Under the pieces are notes generated by a model that did not search any database, had not been told where the DNA came from, and saw nothing but the letters and a program-made list of their open reading frames with translations. This document shows positions 9,692-19,712 of a stretch of 64,000 nt of DNA, piece by piece (position 1 is the stretch's first letter; each line of letters begins with the position of its first letter). Position numbers and translations under genes: made by a program. Origin of the DNA: an uncultured Gammaproteobacteria bacterium (GTDB lineage: Bacteria > Pseudomonadota > Gammaproteobacteria > UBA9214); contig CAVVHS010000007.1 of NCBI GenBank assembly GCA_963748215.1, positions 32,001 through 96,000 of the forward strand. Reading direction: 5' to 3'.

Positions 9692-12600
9692 ATGACAACA
9701 ATACTCAAGGACTCGCGGCAATCGCGGTGGTCTGTATTTTTCATTACGGCCATGCTGGTCGTGATCGCGGCACTTGCGGCAGCACCAACCGCGCACGCCT
9801 CCAGCGGCTATCTGAATACCTGGAGCGGGCTATACCCCGGCTCCGCCTCGGACAACAATGCCAGCTGTCAACTCTGTCACGGTAGCAGTACCCAGAATAT
9901 AAATCCTTATGGCTTTGCCCTGGCCCAGTGCAACGGTGCCACCGGCAACATCACCCAGCGCATACAGGCGGTAGAAGGTCAGGATTCTGACGGACAGGGT
10001 GACTCGAACCAGACCGAGATCAACGCCAACGCGCAACCTGGATGGACTACGGGCGCGATGCAGGTTTGGACCCGCAACGGTTGCGCCCCGGCTGGCACCA
10101 ACACCTACCCCGGTAGTGGCGATGTGGATCCGGCAGCTGCCAACCTGCCACCGATCGCCGATGCCAACGGCCCATACACAGGCACTACAGGCCAGCCGGT
10201 GACTTTCGACGGTACCGGCTCATCCGATTCGGACGGTACGATCGCCAGCTATGCCTGGACCTTCGGTGACGGCGGTAACGGTACCGGCGTGAGTCCGACA
10301 CACACCTATACCAGTGCGGGCACCTTCACCGTGACCCTGACGGTAACCGATAACGCGGGTGCGACCGACTCGGCTACCTCAACGGCGACGATTGCTGCTG
10401 CTCCGCAGGCTCCGGTTGCTGATGCCAATGGCCCCTACAACGGCACTGCCGGTCAGCCGGTGACCTTCGACGGATCCGGTTCCAGCGATGCTGACGGCAC
10501 CATTGTGTCCTTTGCCTGGACCTTCGGTGACGGTACTACCGGTACTGGCGTATCCCCGACCAATACCTATGCCGCCGCCGGCACCTTCAACGTGACCCTG
10601 ACGGTGACGGATAACGACGGACTGACTGACACGGCGACCTCAACAGCGACTATTGTTGCTGCCCCGGTTGATCCGATCGCAGATCCCAACGGTCCGTACA
10701 ACGGCACCGAGGGTGTTGCCCTGACGCTGAATGGCAGCGCCTCGTTTGATCCTGACGGCGGTAACATTACCGCTTACGACTGGAACTTCGGTGACGGTAA
10801 TACCGGCACGGGTGCTACACCAACGCATACCTACGCTGCTCCTGGTCTTTACACAGTAAGTCTGGTTGTTGTGGATGATGAAGGTGCGCAGAGTGCGCCG
10901 GCGACGACGACTGCCGACATTGCCCAGGCACAGGTTGATGTGTGTGACTTCAGTGTAATTCCGACCTCGCTGGCTTTTGGTGGCGTGAATGTCGGCAGCA
11001 GCTCGACGTTGTCAACAACGGTGACCAACAACGGTACCGCGGCCTGCGCCATCACCGCCAGCGTGACATCCGGGACAGGTGAGTTCACCCTGGCCTCAGG
11101 ATCGACGGTCACGGTCGCAGCCAATGGGGGAACGGCCAGTGTCTCCGTCGACTACACGCCGGTGAACACTGGTGCTGACAGCGGAACCCTCAACCTGTCG
11201 AGCAATGATCTCAACAATGTGCAGGCTGTTGGTGTTTCGCTGTCGGGTACCGGTGTCGACAATGTTCCTCCGCCCGTCGATTGTGAGGGTCTCAATATCA
11301 CCCGGGCAGATTACAGTAATCGTCGGAACCGGCTCAGCGTCGACGGTAACGGCGGCGAGAGAAATGGCGGTGATTTTGTGCTGACCAATGCCTACGATTC
11401 AACACAGATACTGGCGACGGGATCACGGGACAGGGACAGGAGCTTCAGATTCCGCGTCAGCAACCCCAATCCAGTGCCGTGTGTTGTACGGGTCGAACAG
11501 CCTGAGACAGGCTTGTGCGCGATTGCCGATGTGGCCAACGCGCCTGAAGACTGTGCCCCTAAGGCCCCCCCACCACCCCCCGGCGGAGGTGATGGAATCA
11601 CTGCCCGTGGTGACACCTATGCCACCCCGGTTGGTAACACCCTCACGGTGTCGGCCTCACGCGTCTCCGGCGTGCTCTACAATGACTTCGGTGGCGTGCC
11701 GCCGCTGACAGCACAGCTGGTCAGCGGACCTACCGCCGGTAACCTGGATGCTTTCGGTGCAGACGGTTCATTTACCTATACCCCGGGCAGTGCCATGGTC
11801 GATAATCAGATCGACCAGTTCACCTACGTCGCGGTGGATGCAAACGGTGATGAATCGGCTCCGGCCACGGTCGTACTGCAGACCCTGTCCAAGCAGACCG
11901 ACTTCAAGATCCTGATGAACTACGAGCTGGGCATGCACTGCACCGGTTTCGAGTTTGCCTACTGCTGCGTACTGCCGCCGTACAACTCGATCATCGCGCA
12001 GGTTGTGAAACCGGCGCAGAACGACCCGGCTAATTCTGGCAACAACTTCGTCGATGGTTTCCCTCGCATGCTCGAGGGCGATCCAAACGTCGGTCTGGAC
12101 GGTTTGAACCGTGAGACCGTGGTGCGCGACTGGGATTACACCACCAGCTCGTTCAAGAAGTACCAGCTGCGCTACTATCACGACGCTCAGCCACGCCAGG
12201 AAGGCAATACCGGCAAGCCCAACACCAGCACGCTGATCAGTGCGGCGGAAGGTAACTCGCTGCAGTACTTCAATACGGTGTTCGATTCCGCAGCACCTGA
12301 CGGTGGTAATGCGCTGGTGTACGGTGAGTACAACGGCTTGCAGAACGTAATACAGGGTGACGGCAGTTTTGGCGGCCCCACCGACAACTATGCCAACGGT
12401 TGGCTGAACCACTTTTACATCTACGGCAACCTCGAAGGCCATGGTAATACAGGCCTTGAAGCCGATAAGGTCCGCCTGGGTGTCGCCGGACAGGTGGAAT
12501 ATCCACCGAATTCAGGCGCTGCGCTGCAGCCGCTGGGGCCAACCGGTAATGGTGCCTTTGAAAACGTGCTGACCTTCTCGGCCGACACCGGCACCGTGGT

Positions 12601-14977
12601 CTTTACCCAGGCCAAGGTGCTCGAAGACCTGCCGATCATGCTGACTTCGCCGCGCATCTGGGAGGCCCTGGGCCTGCCGCTGACGCCGTTCGAGGACACC
12701 ATCGGCTTCTTCGCTGATCCGGGTGCAGTGGACGAAGACGCGGTCCGGCCCTATGTGGCCATGAAGGCTTCCTTGCACGAGTATCCGTCGGGCAATGCGG
12801 TAACGGGCAGCAACGGCCAGCCGGTGATCGGTTTCGGTACCGCACCGATCGATATACCGAACTGCGAGCGTTGCCACTCGGCACCCTCTGTCGATCCGGT
12901 CACGGGCAATCCGAATGTCAACAGCCCGAACTGGAACAGGCCAGATGCTTTCTACCCGCATACCAACGGCACGGTTCCGTTCGGCACAGGACTGGAGGAG
13001 ATCACCAACCTGGAGATCAGCTTCTGGCAGGCCTACTACGATATCATCCCGGGCGTGGATTCGACCTGGTACTCAAGGCTGAAGGGCGCGGCGATCAATA
13101 TGCTGACCCTGCATGACCTGGACGTAGGCACCAGCTTCACCGCGAATTACGCCGGTGTGGATTGCGTCGATGTGAACAACTGTTCGCACACCAACGGACT
13201 GGCGGACCTGACCAATACCAGCGACATCCCGCAGAACACCCGCCTGGGTGGAGAATCGGTCATCTGCCAGCGCTGCCATGCTGATAACGTGATTGCCAAC
13301 GTCAAATCGGCCACCTTCGATGTGGACGGGCAGTTCCCCATCAAACCGATTTCGGAAGCCATTCACAATCAGCACCGCAATCAAAGTGAAGACGGCGTAA
13401 TCGTGTTCAACGACAGCCTCGGTCGCGACGGCGGCTGCCAGGGCTGTCACCCGGCCCACCGTTCGGACGGCGTGATGGATGACTATCCCATCACTCTGGG
13501 CGGCAACAACGCCAATGCCAGTGACGACAACCGCCTCAACCTGGGTGGCTGCTTCGTCGGACGTGATGTTCACTCCAACCCGATGAAGGACATCGATGGC
13601 GTCGAAACGCCGAGCCATCTGAATGCTGTGGGTACCTGGCTGGTTGATAATGTTGCCTTCGATCAGGGCGACGCACGCGGTATCTGGTGCACCAACTGTC
13701 ATACCCAGCTGGGTCAGGAAATGTGGCGCACCGAGGACTGCAACGACCTGATTCGCGGTGACTGCCTGGTCAATCCGCGTGCCGGGGCGACACTGGCAGA
13801 TGTTGCGGCCGCAGTCGGACTCACCGAGCAGCAAGCGATCGATTACCTCGACCCCAAGGTCGATGGCTTTGATCGCACCTCGGACCAGACCCACGCAATC
13901 TGGGCTCCAGCCTCAGTCACGTCGGATGCCAATGTAGCGACCATCGAGGTCGATGGCGGCGGTAATCCAGTGGTCACCTTTGACGCCGATGGCGACCCCA
14001 GTGTCAACATACTGAGCTTCTGCACCACAGATGACTGCGTGGCCCGGATCAATGCCAATCCAAGTGACCAGAGTCAGTGGCGCTACCCGGCCAACCCGTT
14101 CATCGATCCGGTGAACAACTCGGGCTTTCCGGTACCGTTCAGTGCGGCCACCGACGGCCGGGATCACTGGCTGGCCGCCGGCGAACCCCACTGTGCGGAC
14201 TGCCACCAGGCGCCATATGTTGAGCAAAGCGGTAATATCACAGCCTACCCGCCGTTCAACTACCCGGCCAAGGCCAGCCTGATGCGCTACACCCGTGGCC
14301 ACCAGGACATCAGCTGCCAGGGCTGTCACGAGTCGATACACGGTCTCTACCCGGTGACCCCGACGATTGACACCACCAGCTATGCACAGGCAGCGGCACT
14401 CAATAACGACGGTTCTCATGGTCCGCTGAAGTGCGCAAGCTGCCACACCTACGTGGATGGCGATGGCATTCCGAACTGGGTGGACAATCTGCGCTACAAC
14501 GATCCGACCACGCCGGGCAATGACAACCTGCCGGTTGCCGGTAATTTCGACCGGGCGGTCAGCTGGATGCACACCTACACGGACGAGGCCGATCCGACAC
14601 AGGACGTGTGCCGGAACTGCCATGGCGACGAGAGTGATGAGATGTCGGAGAACGATCAGGAGTACCTGGAGCACGCTATGGTTAACCGCGTATCGCGTGT
14701 GGCCATGGACAACGCCGAGCGCGCCGTCAACAACGGACAGGTGTTTGGCGAGACGGCCGGTTCCCAGCGTGTCCAGCTGTGCACCACCTGTCACGAATCC
14801 GGAGATCGTGACGGCGACCGGCGTCGACATAGAGGTGGTGATCGCCATGGCGGTGGCGGCAACCAGCTGCCGAATGTCAGCTGCAATACGACCTGGAGGA
14901 ATCACCTGATCCAGGGGCGTGTCTCCGAGTTGGTATGGGAAGATATATCCGCTCCGTTGGGTGGCTGCGGCTGGTAA
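9692..14977 (+). CDS. Giant secreted multiheme c-type cytochrome (10 CxxCH) with 3 PKD and further Ig-like domains
   Basis: Sec signal (AHA|S); CQLCH; three WxFGDG...TY...VTLTV PKD repeats; ASH-like and cadherin/Big_9-like (DGSFTYTP...DQFTY) domains; CERCH, CQRCH, CQGCH, CTNCH, CADCH, CQGCH, CASCH, CRNCH, CTTCH. Confidence 0.92.
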   Translation: MTTILKDSRQSRWSVFFITAMLVVIAALAAAPTAHASSGYLNTWSGLYPGSASDNNASCQLCHGSSTQNINPYGFALAQCNGATGNITQRIQAVEGQDSDGQGDSNQTEINANAQPGWTTGAMQVWTRNGCAPAGTNTYPGSGDVDPAAANLPPIADANGPYTGTTGQPVTFDGTGSSDSDGTIASYAWTFGDGGNGTGVSPTHTYTSAGTFTVTLTVTDNAGATDSATSTATIAAAPQAPVADANGPYNGTAGQPVTFDGSGSSDADGTIVSFAWTFGDGTTGTGVSPTNTYAAAGTFNVTLTVTDNDGLTDTATSTATIVAAPVDPIADPNGPYNGTEGVALTLNGSASFDPDGGNITAYDWNFGDGNTGTGATPTHTYAAPGLYTVSLVVVDDEGAQSAPATTTADIAQAQVDVCDFSVIPTSLAFGGVNVGSSSTLSTTVTNNGTAACAITASVTSGTGEFTLASGSTVTVAANGGTASVSVDYTPVNTGADSGTLNLSSNDLNNVQAVGVSLSGTGVDNVPPPVDCEGLNITRADYSNRRNRLSVDGNGGERNGGDFVLTNAYDSTQILATGSRDRDRSFRFRVSNPNPVPCVVRVEQPETGLCAIADVANAPEDCAPKAPPPPPGGGDGITARGDTYATPVGNTLTVSASRVSGVLYNDFGGVPPLTAQLVSGPTAGNLDAFGADGSFTYTPGSAMVDNQIDQFTYVAVDANGDESAPATVVLQTLSKQTDFKILMNYELGMHCTGFEFAYCCVLPPYNSIIAQVVKPAQNDPANSGNNFVDGFPRMLEGDPNVGLDGLNRETVVRDWDYTTSSFKKYQLRYYHDAQPRQEGNTGKPNTSTLISAAEGNSLQYFNTVFDSAAPDGGNALVYGEYNGLQNVIQGDGSFGGPTDNYANGWLNHFYIYGNLEGHGNTGLEADKVRLGVAGQVEYPPNSGAALQPLGPTGNGAFENVLTFSADTGTVVFTQAKVLEDLPIMLTSPRIWEALGLPLTPFEDTIGFFADPGAVDEDAVRPYVAMKASLHEYPSGNAVTGSNGQPVIGFGTAPIDIPNCERCHSAPSVDPVTGNPNVNSPNWNRPDAFYPHTNGTVPFGTGLEEITNLEISFWQAYYDIIPGVDSTWYSRLKGAAINMLTLHDLDVGTSFTANYAGVDCVDVNNCSHTNGLADLTNTSDIPQNTRLGGESVICQRCHADNVIANVKSATFDVDGQFPIKPISEAIHNQHRNQSEDGVIVFNDSLGRDGGCQGCHPAHRSDGVMDDYPITLGGNNANASDDNRLNLGGCFVGRDVHSNPMKDIDGVETPSHLNAVGTWLVDNVAFDQGDARGIWCTNCHTQLGQEMWRTEDCNDLIRGDCLVNPRAGATLADVAAAVGLTEQQAIDYLDPKVDGFDRTSDQTHAIWAPASVTSDANVATIEVDGGGNPVVTFDADGDPSVNILSFCTTDDCVARINANPSDQSQWRYPANPFIDPVNNSGFPVPFSAATDGRDHWLAAGEPHCADCHQAPYVEQSGNITAYPPFNYPAKASLMRYTRGHQDISCQGCHESIHGLYPVTPTIDTTSYAQAAALNNDGSHGPLKCASCHTYVDGDGIPNWVDNLRYNDPTTPGNDNLPVAGNFDRAVSWMHTYTDEADPTQDVCRNCHGDESDEMSENDQEYLEHAMVNRVSRVAMDNAERAVNNGQVFGETAGSQRVQLCTTCHESGDRDGDRRRHRGGDRHGGGGNQLPNVSCNTTWRNHLIQGRVSELVWEDISAPLGGCGW

Positions 14978-14986
14978 CCACGTATG

Positions 14987-15056
14987 ACCGCCCGCTCTGG
15001 ATGGAGCGGGCGGTTTCCATCGATGGAGGGGATATCTCTGTATCCCCTCCATTTTT
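14987..15056 (+). terminator. Two consecutive hairpins after the cytochrome gene
   Basis: ACCGCCCGCTC..GAGCGGGCGGTTT then ATGGAGGGGATA..TATCCCCTCCATTTTT. Confidence 0.7.
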
Positions 15057-15161
15057 AACGCTACATGAATCGCGGCGCCGAGCAGCTCATCGTCCTGTTG
15101 TTCCAGGCGGCGGGATAGCGTAGTTTTATCGGAAGACCTGTAAGTTCAGAGGATAATAAGC

Positions 15162-16643
15162 ATGAGATTCCTGTTTGCCTTCCTGATGATTTTCAATCTG
15201 CTGTTTGCGAATGTCTCAATGGCCGTGGCACGTGCCGGGGAATCGGCAAAGGCAGACACGGACAGTGACATCATTGCCCGGGTCGGTGATCAGGACATCA
15301 CCTTTAACCAGATCAATACCATGCTCAACAGTTCCGCTGTGATCGGAGTATCGGTGCCGGCGCTGGGCACGCCACAGCGCGACACCGCCAGGATTGTAGT
15401 GCTGGACAAGGTGGTCAGCGCGAACCTGCTCTACCTCGATGCCATTCGCCAGGGCCTGGACAAGGATCCGGCCTATCAACGGGATATGCAGAACTTTACC
15501 GAGGGCATGCTGGGTGGGCAGTATTACCGTCAAATCATGGCGGGTGATATCCTCGTGTCGGAGACGGAGATCCAGGAATTTTTCTCCAAGACCATGAAGT
15601 CGGGCACCGAAATGAGCGACGATTTGCATACCCAGATCGAAGCAGCCCTGCGCAAGCGCAAGCTGCACGAACGCGTCGCAGCGAAGCGCGCAGAACTGCG
15701 CCAGGGTATCGAGGTAGACATCTACCCGGACAACCTGGCTGCGGCCGGGGAGGAGGCGCCGGCGGATGATGTGCCGGTGGCGAAGTACGGCGATCAGGTT
15801 ATCAGCTGGGGTGATGTCAATGACACCCTGGTAGCAGCGGGCAGGGGAGCAACCGACCTGGATCCCACCGCGATGGAAGTCGATGCGCAGCTCGCGGCGC
15901 TGGAGATGGTGATCGACAAGCGCATCATTGCAGCCAAGGCTCGTGAAGCCGGGCTGGAGCAGGACGCCATCTACCAGTCACGCCTGAATGAATACCAGAA
16001 GACCCGGCTGGTGAATATGCACCGGGCAAACCTGGCTCGGGATATGGAACCATCCGATGAGCAGCTGAAGTCTTACTACGACGCGAATCGCAACACGATC
16101 ATGCAGGTGGAGATGCGCAAGACCCAGGAAGTTCTGCTCAAGACGCGCGAGGAAGCCGAAGCCCTGAAGGCCAGGATCGAGTCAGGGGAGCTGACCATGT
16201 ACCAGGCCGCCGCTGACTATTCCATTGCCCCTGGGGCCAAACAGCAACTGGGTGAGGTGGGCTGGGTGGCCGCAGGGCGTGCCCAGACGGCGCTGGACGA
16301 GGTGATCTTCAAACTGGGCCCCGGCGAGCTCGGTGGCCCGGTCGAGTCCACACAGGGCTGGCACCTGGTCAAGGTGCTTGATATCAGCGATGCGAAATTC
16401 GACATCTTCGAGGATCAGGAAACGCAGAAGCTCACCCGGCGCCGTTACATCCACGACCAGCTGGATGCCTATGTCATGGACCTGCGCAAGAACGACTTCA
16501 CGGTGGAAGTTTATGAAGACAATCTGGTCCGGCTGGCGCAGAAAGAGGCGGACATGATCGCCAGACTGACCGAGCAGGCGTCCAAGCCCGGTTCCAGGAC
16601 CGAGCAGCGCGTGAAGGAACTCAAGGATCTGATTGGCGAGTAA
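15162..16643 (+). CDS. Periplasmic PpiC/parvulin-type PPIase with SurA-like chaperone region
   Basis: Signal peptide, duplicated helical segments (IARVGDQDIT / VAKYGDQVIS; GLDKD / GLEQD), parvulin motifs GEVGWV, GELGGPVESTQGWHLVKV. Confidence 0.85.
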   Translation: MRFLFAFLMIFNLLFANVSMAVARAGESAKADTDSDIIARVGDQDITFNQINTMLNSSAVIGVSVPALGTPQRDTARIVVLDKVVSANLLYLDAIRQGLDKDPAYQRDMQNFTEGMLGGQYYRQIMAGDILVSETEIQEFFSKTMKSGTEMSDDLHTQIEAALRKRKLHERVAAKRAELRQGIEVDIYPDNLAAAGEEAPADDVPVAKYGDQVISWGDVNDTLVAAGRGATDLDPTAMEVDAQLAALEMVIDKRIIAAKAREAGLEQDAIYQSRLNEYQKTRLVNMHRANLARDMEPSDEQLKSYYDANRNTIMQVEMRKTQEVLLKTREEAEALKARIESGELTMYQAAADYSIAPGAKQQLGEVGWVAAGRAQTALDEVIFKLGPGELGGPVESTQGWHLVKVLDISDAKFDIFEDQETQKLTRRRYIHDQLDAYVMDLRKNDFTVEVYEDNLVRLAQKEADMIARLTEQASKPGSRTEQRVKELKDLIGE

Positions 16644-16665
16644 CGCGGAGCGCGAAACTTTTTCA

Positions 16666-17055
16666 GGATCTTCCCCGGATTGAGTGGGTAACACATCAAT
16701 TCAGACGAGACGCATTCCTTCTGATGGCAGGGTTGTTGGCCGAATGAATTCGGCCCTACTGTAGGGTCGAATTCATACGACCAGCGTTGTTTCTCAACCA
16801 GACCGTAGGGTCGAATTCATTCGACCAATGGTGTTTCATCCGAGCAGGCGTGCTGCGGTGATATCCGTAAACAAAAGAATGATGACCGCGGGTAACCGTG
16901 GTGATGCAATCGACTTGATGGTGCAGGGAGTGACGCTCACCTGCGCAATGCGTCACAGGACAGGGTGACCTCCTTGTTTCCTATGGCAACAGGCTGTTGG
17001 CCGAATGAATTCGGCCCTGCAACGGTAATCGACCCACTCGATTTGGGGAAGAGCC
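16666..17055 (+). mobile_element. Miniature inverted-repeat element, family A (most complete copy)
   Basis: Imperfect ~24-bp terminal IRs; flanks CTTTTTCA / CTTTTTAA (7/8 direct repeat); internal GTAG-type REP hairpins. Confidence 0.82.
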
Positions 17056-17316
17056 CTTTTTAATCACTATCCATCCTGAAAGGTGGCCCGCAGCCTGTGT
17101 CGGGCAATTATCGCCCAGGATGTGGGCAGGGCGGTGTACGTACTGCATAACCTGCGCTGGCGCGATGACTCTTGTCCTGCGCAGGTGTGGTAGCACATTC
17201 CATCAAACATCCACTTTCATAGCCCCCCGTTGCTCCCGGGTTTGTACCTTGCCAATGGCTAGCCCATGCGGCCGATTCGGATATACACTCGATCGGGAGA
17301 CCGGAGTCCCCAGCTG

Positions 17317-17856
17317 ATGAAAATTCAGGCAACTGTACCTGTGTCGTTGTTCCTGCTCTGCCTGTGCTTGCCTGTGCAGGCCGGTGAACTGGAGCAGTAT
17401 CCCGACTTCGGGTCGACGCCCCCGCTGCTGCTGAGGGACCTCGGTGACAGGGAACATGCGCTGACCGATTACCGGGGCCAGGTGGTGCTGGTCAACTTCT
17501 GGGCCAGCTGGTGTTCGCCCTGCCTGGTCGAGATGCCGTCCATGCAGCGACTCCAGCGGTCCCTGGCCGGCAGGCCGTTCGCCATCCTGGCTGTCAATGT
17601 CAGGGAATCCCGGGAGAAGGCCTGGCGCGTCAGGAAGCGGCTGGGCGTGGACTTCACCACGCTGCTCGACAGCAACGGTGTCGTCACGGGTGACTGGGAT
17701 GTGCAGGTTTACCCCACCAGTTTCCTGGTCGATCCGGAGGGCCGGATTCGCTACATCGCCTATGGCATGGTGCGCTGGGATGACGACCCGGCGCAGCAGG
17801 TGATCGAGCAGCTCATGCCAGACCGGGAAGCTGTGCAGGCCGCGAGTGTCCGGTAG
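17317..17856 (+). CDS. TlpA/ResA-family thioredoxin
   Basis: Signal peptide MKIQATVPVSLFLL..., VNFWASWCSPCLVEMP, YPTSFLVD. Confidence 0.9.
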   Translation: MKIQATVPVSLFLLCLCLPVQAGELEQYPDFGSTPPLLLRDLGDREHALTDYRGQVVLVNFWASWCSPCLVEMPSMQRLQRSLAGRPFAILAVNVRESREKAWRVRKRLGVDFTTLLDSNGVVTGDWDVQVYPTSFLVDPEGRIRYIAYGMVRWDDDPAQQVIEQLMPDREAVQAASVR

Positions 17857-17989
17857 TGTGCTGACCCGTGTGTACTTATTTTCATGCCTGGCAGGATACG
17901 CCGGCGTACCGTGCAGCGTCCCTGCTGTCCGGGATCAGTGTGCTGCGGGGTGTCCACCTGGCGCAGATGTGTAACCTGTCGCAGGCCGG

Positions 17990-18384
17990 GGTCCTTTCTC
18001 GATCGCCAGGCCGCCTGTATCCAGGCGGAGAAGGTCCCCTCGATGTGATAGAGGCCCCCGATGCCGGCATCCAGCAGGATCGGTTCGGCCTGGCGGGTGC
18101 GCGAGCCCTTAATGCAGTAGATCGGCACGCCATGGTCGTGGTCGGGGTCATCGAGGTGCTGCTCCAGCTCGTCGAGCGGAATGTTGATGGCGCCGGGTAT
18201 ATTTTCGATCCTGAATTCGTACGCTTTACGCAGGTCGACCACGAGGGGCGCAGTTCCGGTCTCCGGCAGTGTCTGGACCCGCTGAGGGGTGGCCCGGCGA
18301 CATGAAATCCGCGGCCGGCCGGGCCAGGGGAAGCAGGACCAGCAGTCCTGCCGCGGCAAGTGATCGAAAACCGGAAAGCGACAT
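17990..18384 (-). pseudogene. Exported rhodanese-domain protein, frameshifted
   Basis: Signal peptide from ATG 18384 (after GAGGGAAA) is out of frame with the core VVDLRKAYEF...IPGAINIPLDEL...YCIKGSR...HIEGTFSAW; 3' end approximate. Decay or sequencing error. Confidence 0.6.
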
Positions 18385-18427
18385 TTTCCCTCATCCAGGA
18401 GGGGCAGCGGTCTGTACCCAGGTCTGT

Positions 18428-18940
18428 TTATTTTGTTTCCTGCGCGCCGTCTGCGCCTGTCAGTGCCAGGCAGGCCGGCAGGTGAAACTCCGCATCCAGC
18501 CGGTAGCGTTCGTCGAAGAACCCGTTGCAGTCACTGTCCATAATGACATAGTTTTCCGTCACGTCTGCATCGTCATCGCCCTTGGTGTCGAGACTCCAGG
18601 TCCAGAGTATGCCGTTTGTGGTCATGCTGAACAGGGTGTCGCCCTGGCTGTTGATGTAGCGCACCACATGCGTCTCGTTGATGCCGTCGCCATCGCCGTC
18701 GTCATCATATTCGTTGTGCAATGTGAAACCTTCCATTGCGGGTTTGGCGTAGATGCCCTTACCCATGGCGGGGGGCTCAGTGGCCGTGGCAGGCGGGCCG
18801 GGATTGCTTGCCACCTGCACCGCAGGCTCCTGCGATTGCTCGCTGCAGGCGCCGAGAAACAGCCCCGCCAGGACCAGAAAAACAACCCTGGCCGACAGGC
18901 GATCGGCAAGGCCGGTGACAGGGGACATGGAATCCTTCAT
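18428..18940 (-). CDS. Hypothetical lipoprotein with acidic DxDxDG-like motifs
   Basis: Lipobox FLGAC; DDDGDGDGINET and DSDCNGFFDE. Confidence 0.7.
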   Translation of the reverse strand: MKDSMSPVTGLADRLSARVVFLVLAGLFLGACSEQSQEPAVQVASNPGPPATATEPPAMGKGIYAKPAMEGFTLHNEYDDDGDGDGINETHVVRYINSQGDTLFSMTTNGILWTWSLDTKGDDDADVTENYVIMDSDCNGFFDERYRLDAEFHLPACLALTGADGAQETK

Positions 18941-19712
18941 GAAACCACCTTTTCAGATTGTCTTATCATTCGGGTCGGACCACGATAACTCACTACGAAT
19001 AAAATATAAATCACGCGAACCCGGTCAATCAGCGATGCTTGTACAACCGTTTTCAAGGTCAAAACGCCGCTACAAGAACAAGACAATATGTGAGTTCACG
19101 CGCGCCGACAAGGCAGCCTCGGCCGGTGTTGCTGATTCCCTGCCGGATGCTGCCGCCATCGCGCTGGCTGTTGCGGGCGTGCTGGACTTCACGGTCGGCA
19201 ATGGTGGATGGTGGTTCCCACATGGCATGAAAGTTTCATCAAACCTGCTTGCCGCCAGCCTGAAGGCCTTCCGGAGACATTTTGCGATTCACTAGCGGGA
19301 GTCCCGGTGCGCAAATACTGCAAGCCGTCTTCCTGCGGGGGCGCCCGGTTTTCAGGTCGGACTGGGTGAGGCCGGACCCGGCTGAACCGTCCGGTACGGG
19401 ATCGGCCAGCGCCGCCGCCAGGTCATCCAGAAGAGGTATACCGTCAGTGATATTGATGCCGGCTTTACGAGGATAACGATGAAAAATTCCAGGAAAATTA
19501 TCAACCTGCACGCGCTCTCACGGCGGATTCCCGCATTTTCGCCGGGTATGACGGCCGCCTCCAGCCGGGGCGTTTATAACAAAATCACCGCATACATGAT
19601 GATTTGCTTATATAATCATTGCGAATTTCGGGTTCGTCCTGGCACAGGCATGAGCATGCTCGAGCGGTGCTGACGCAGATTTTTCAACATCTCATAAAAC
19701 GGAGTAGCTACC

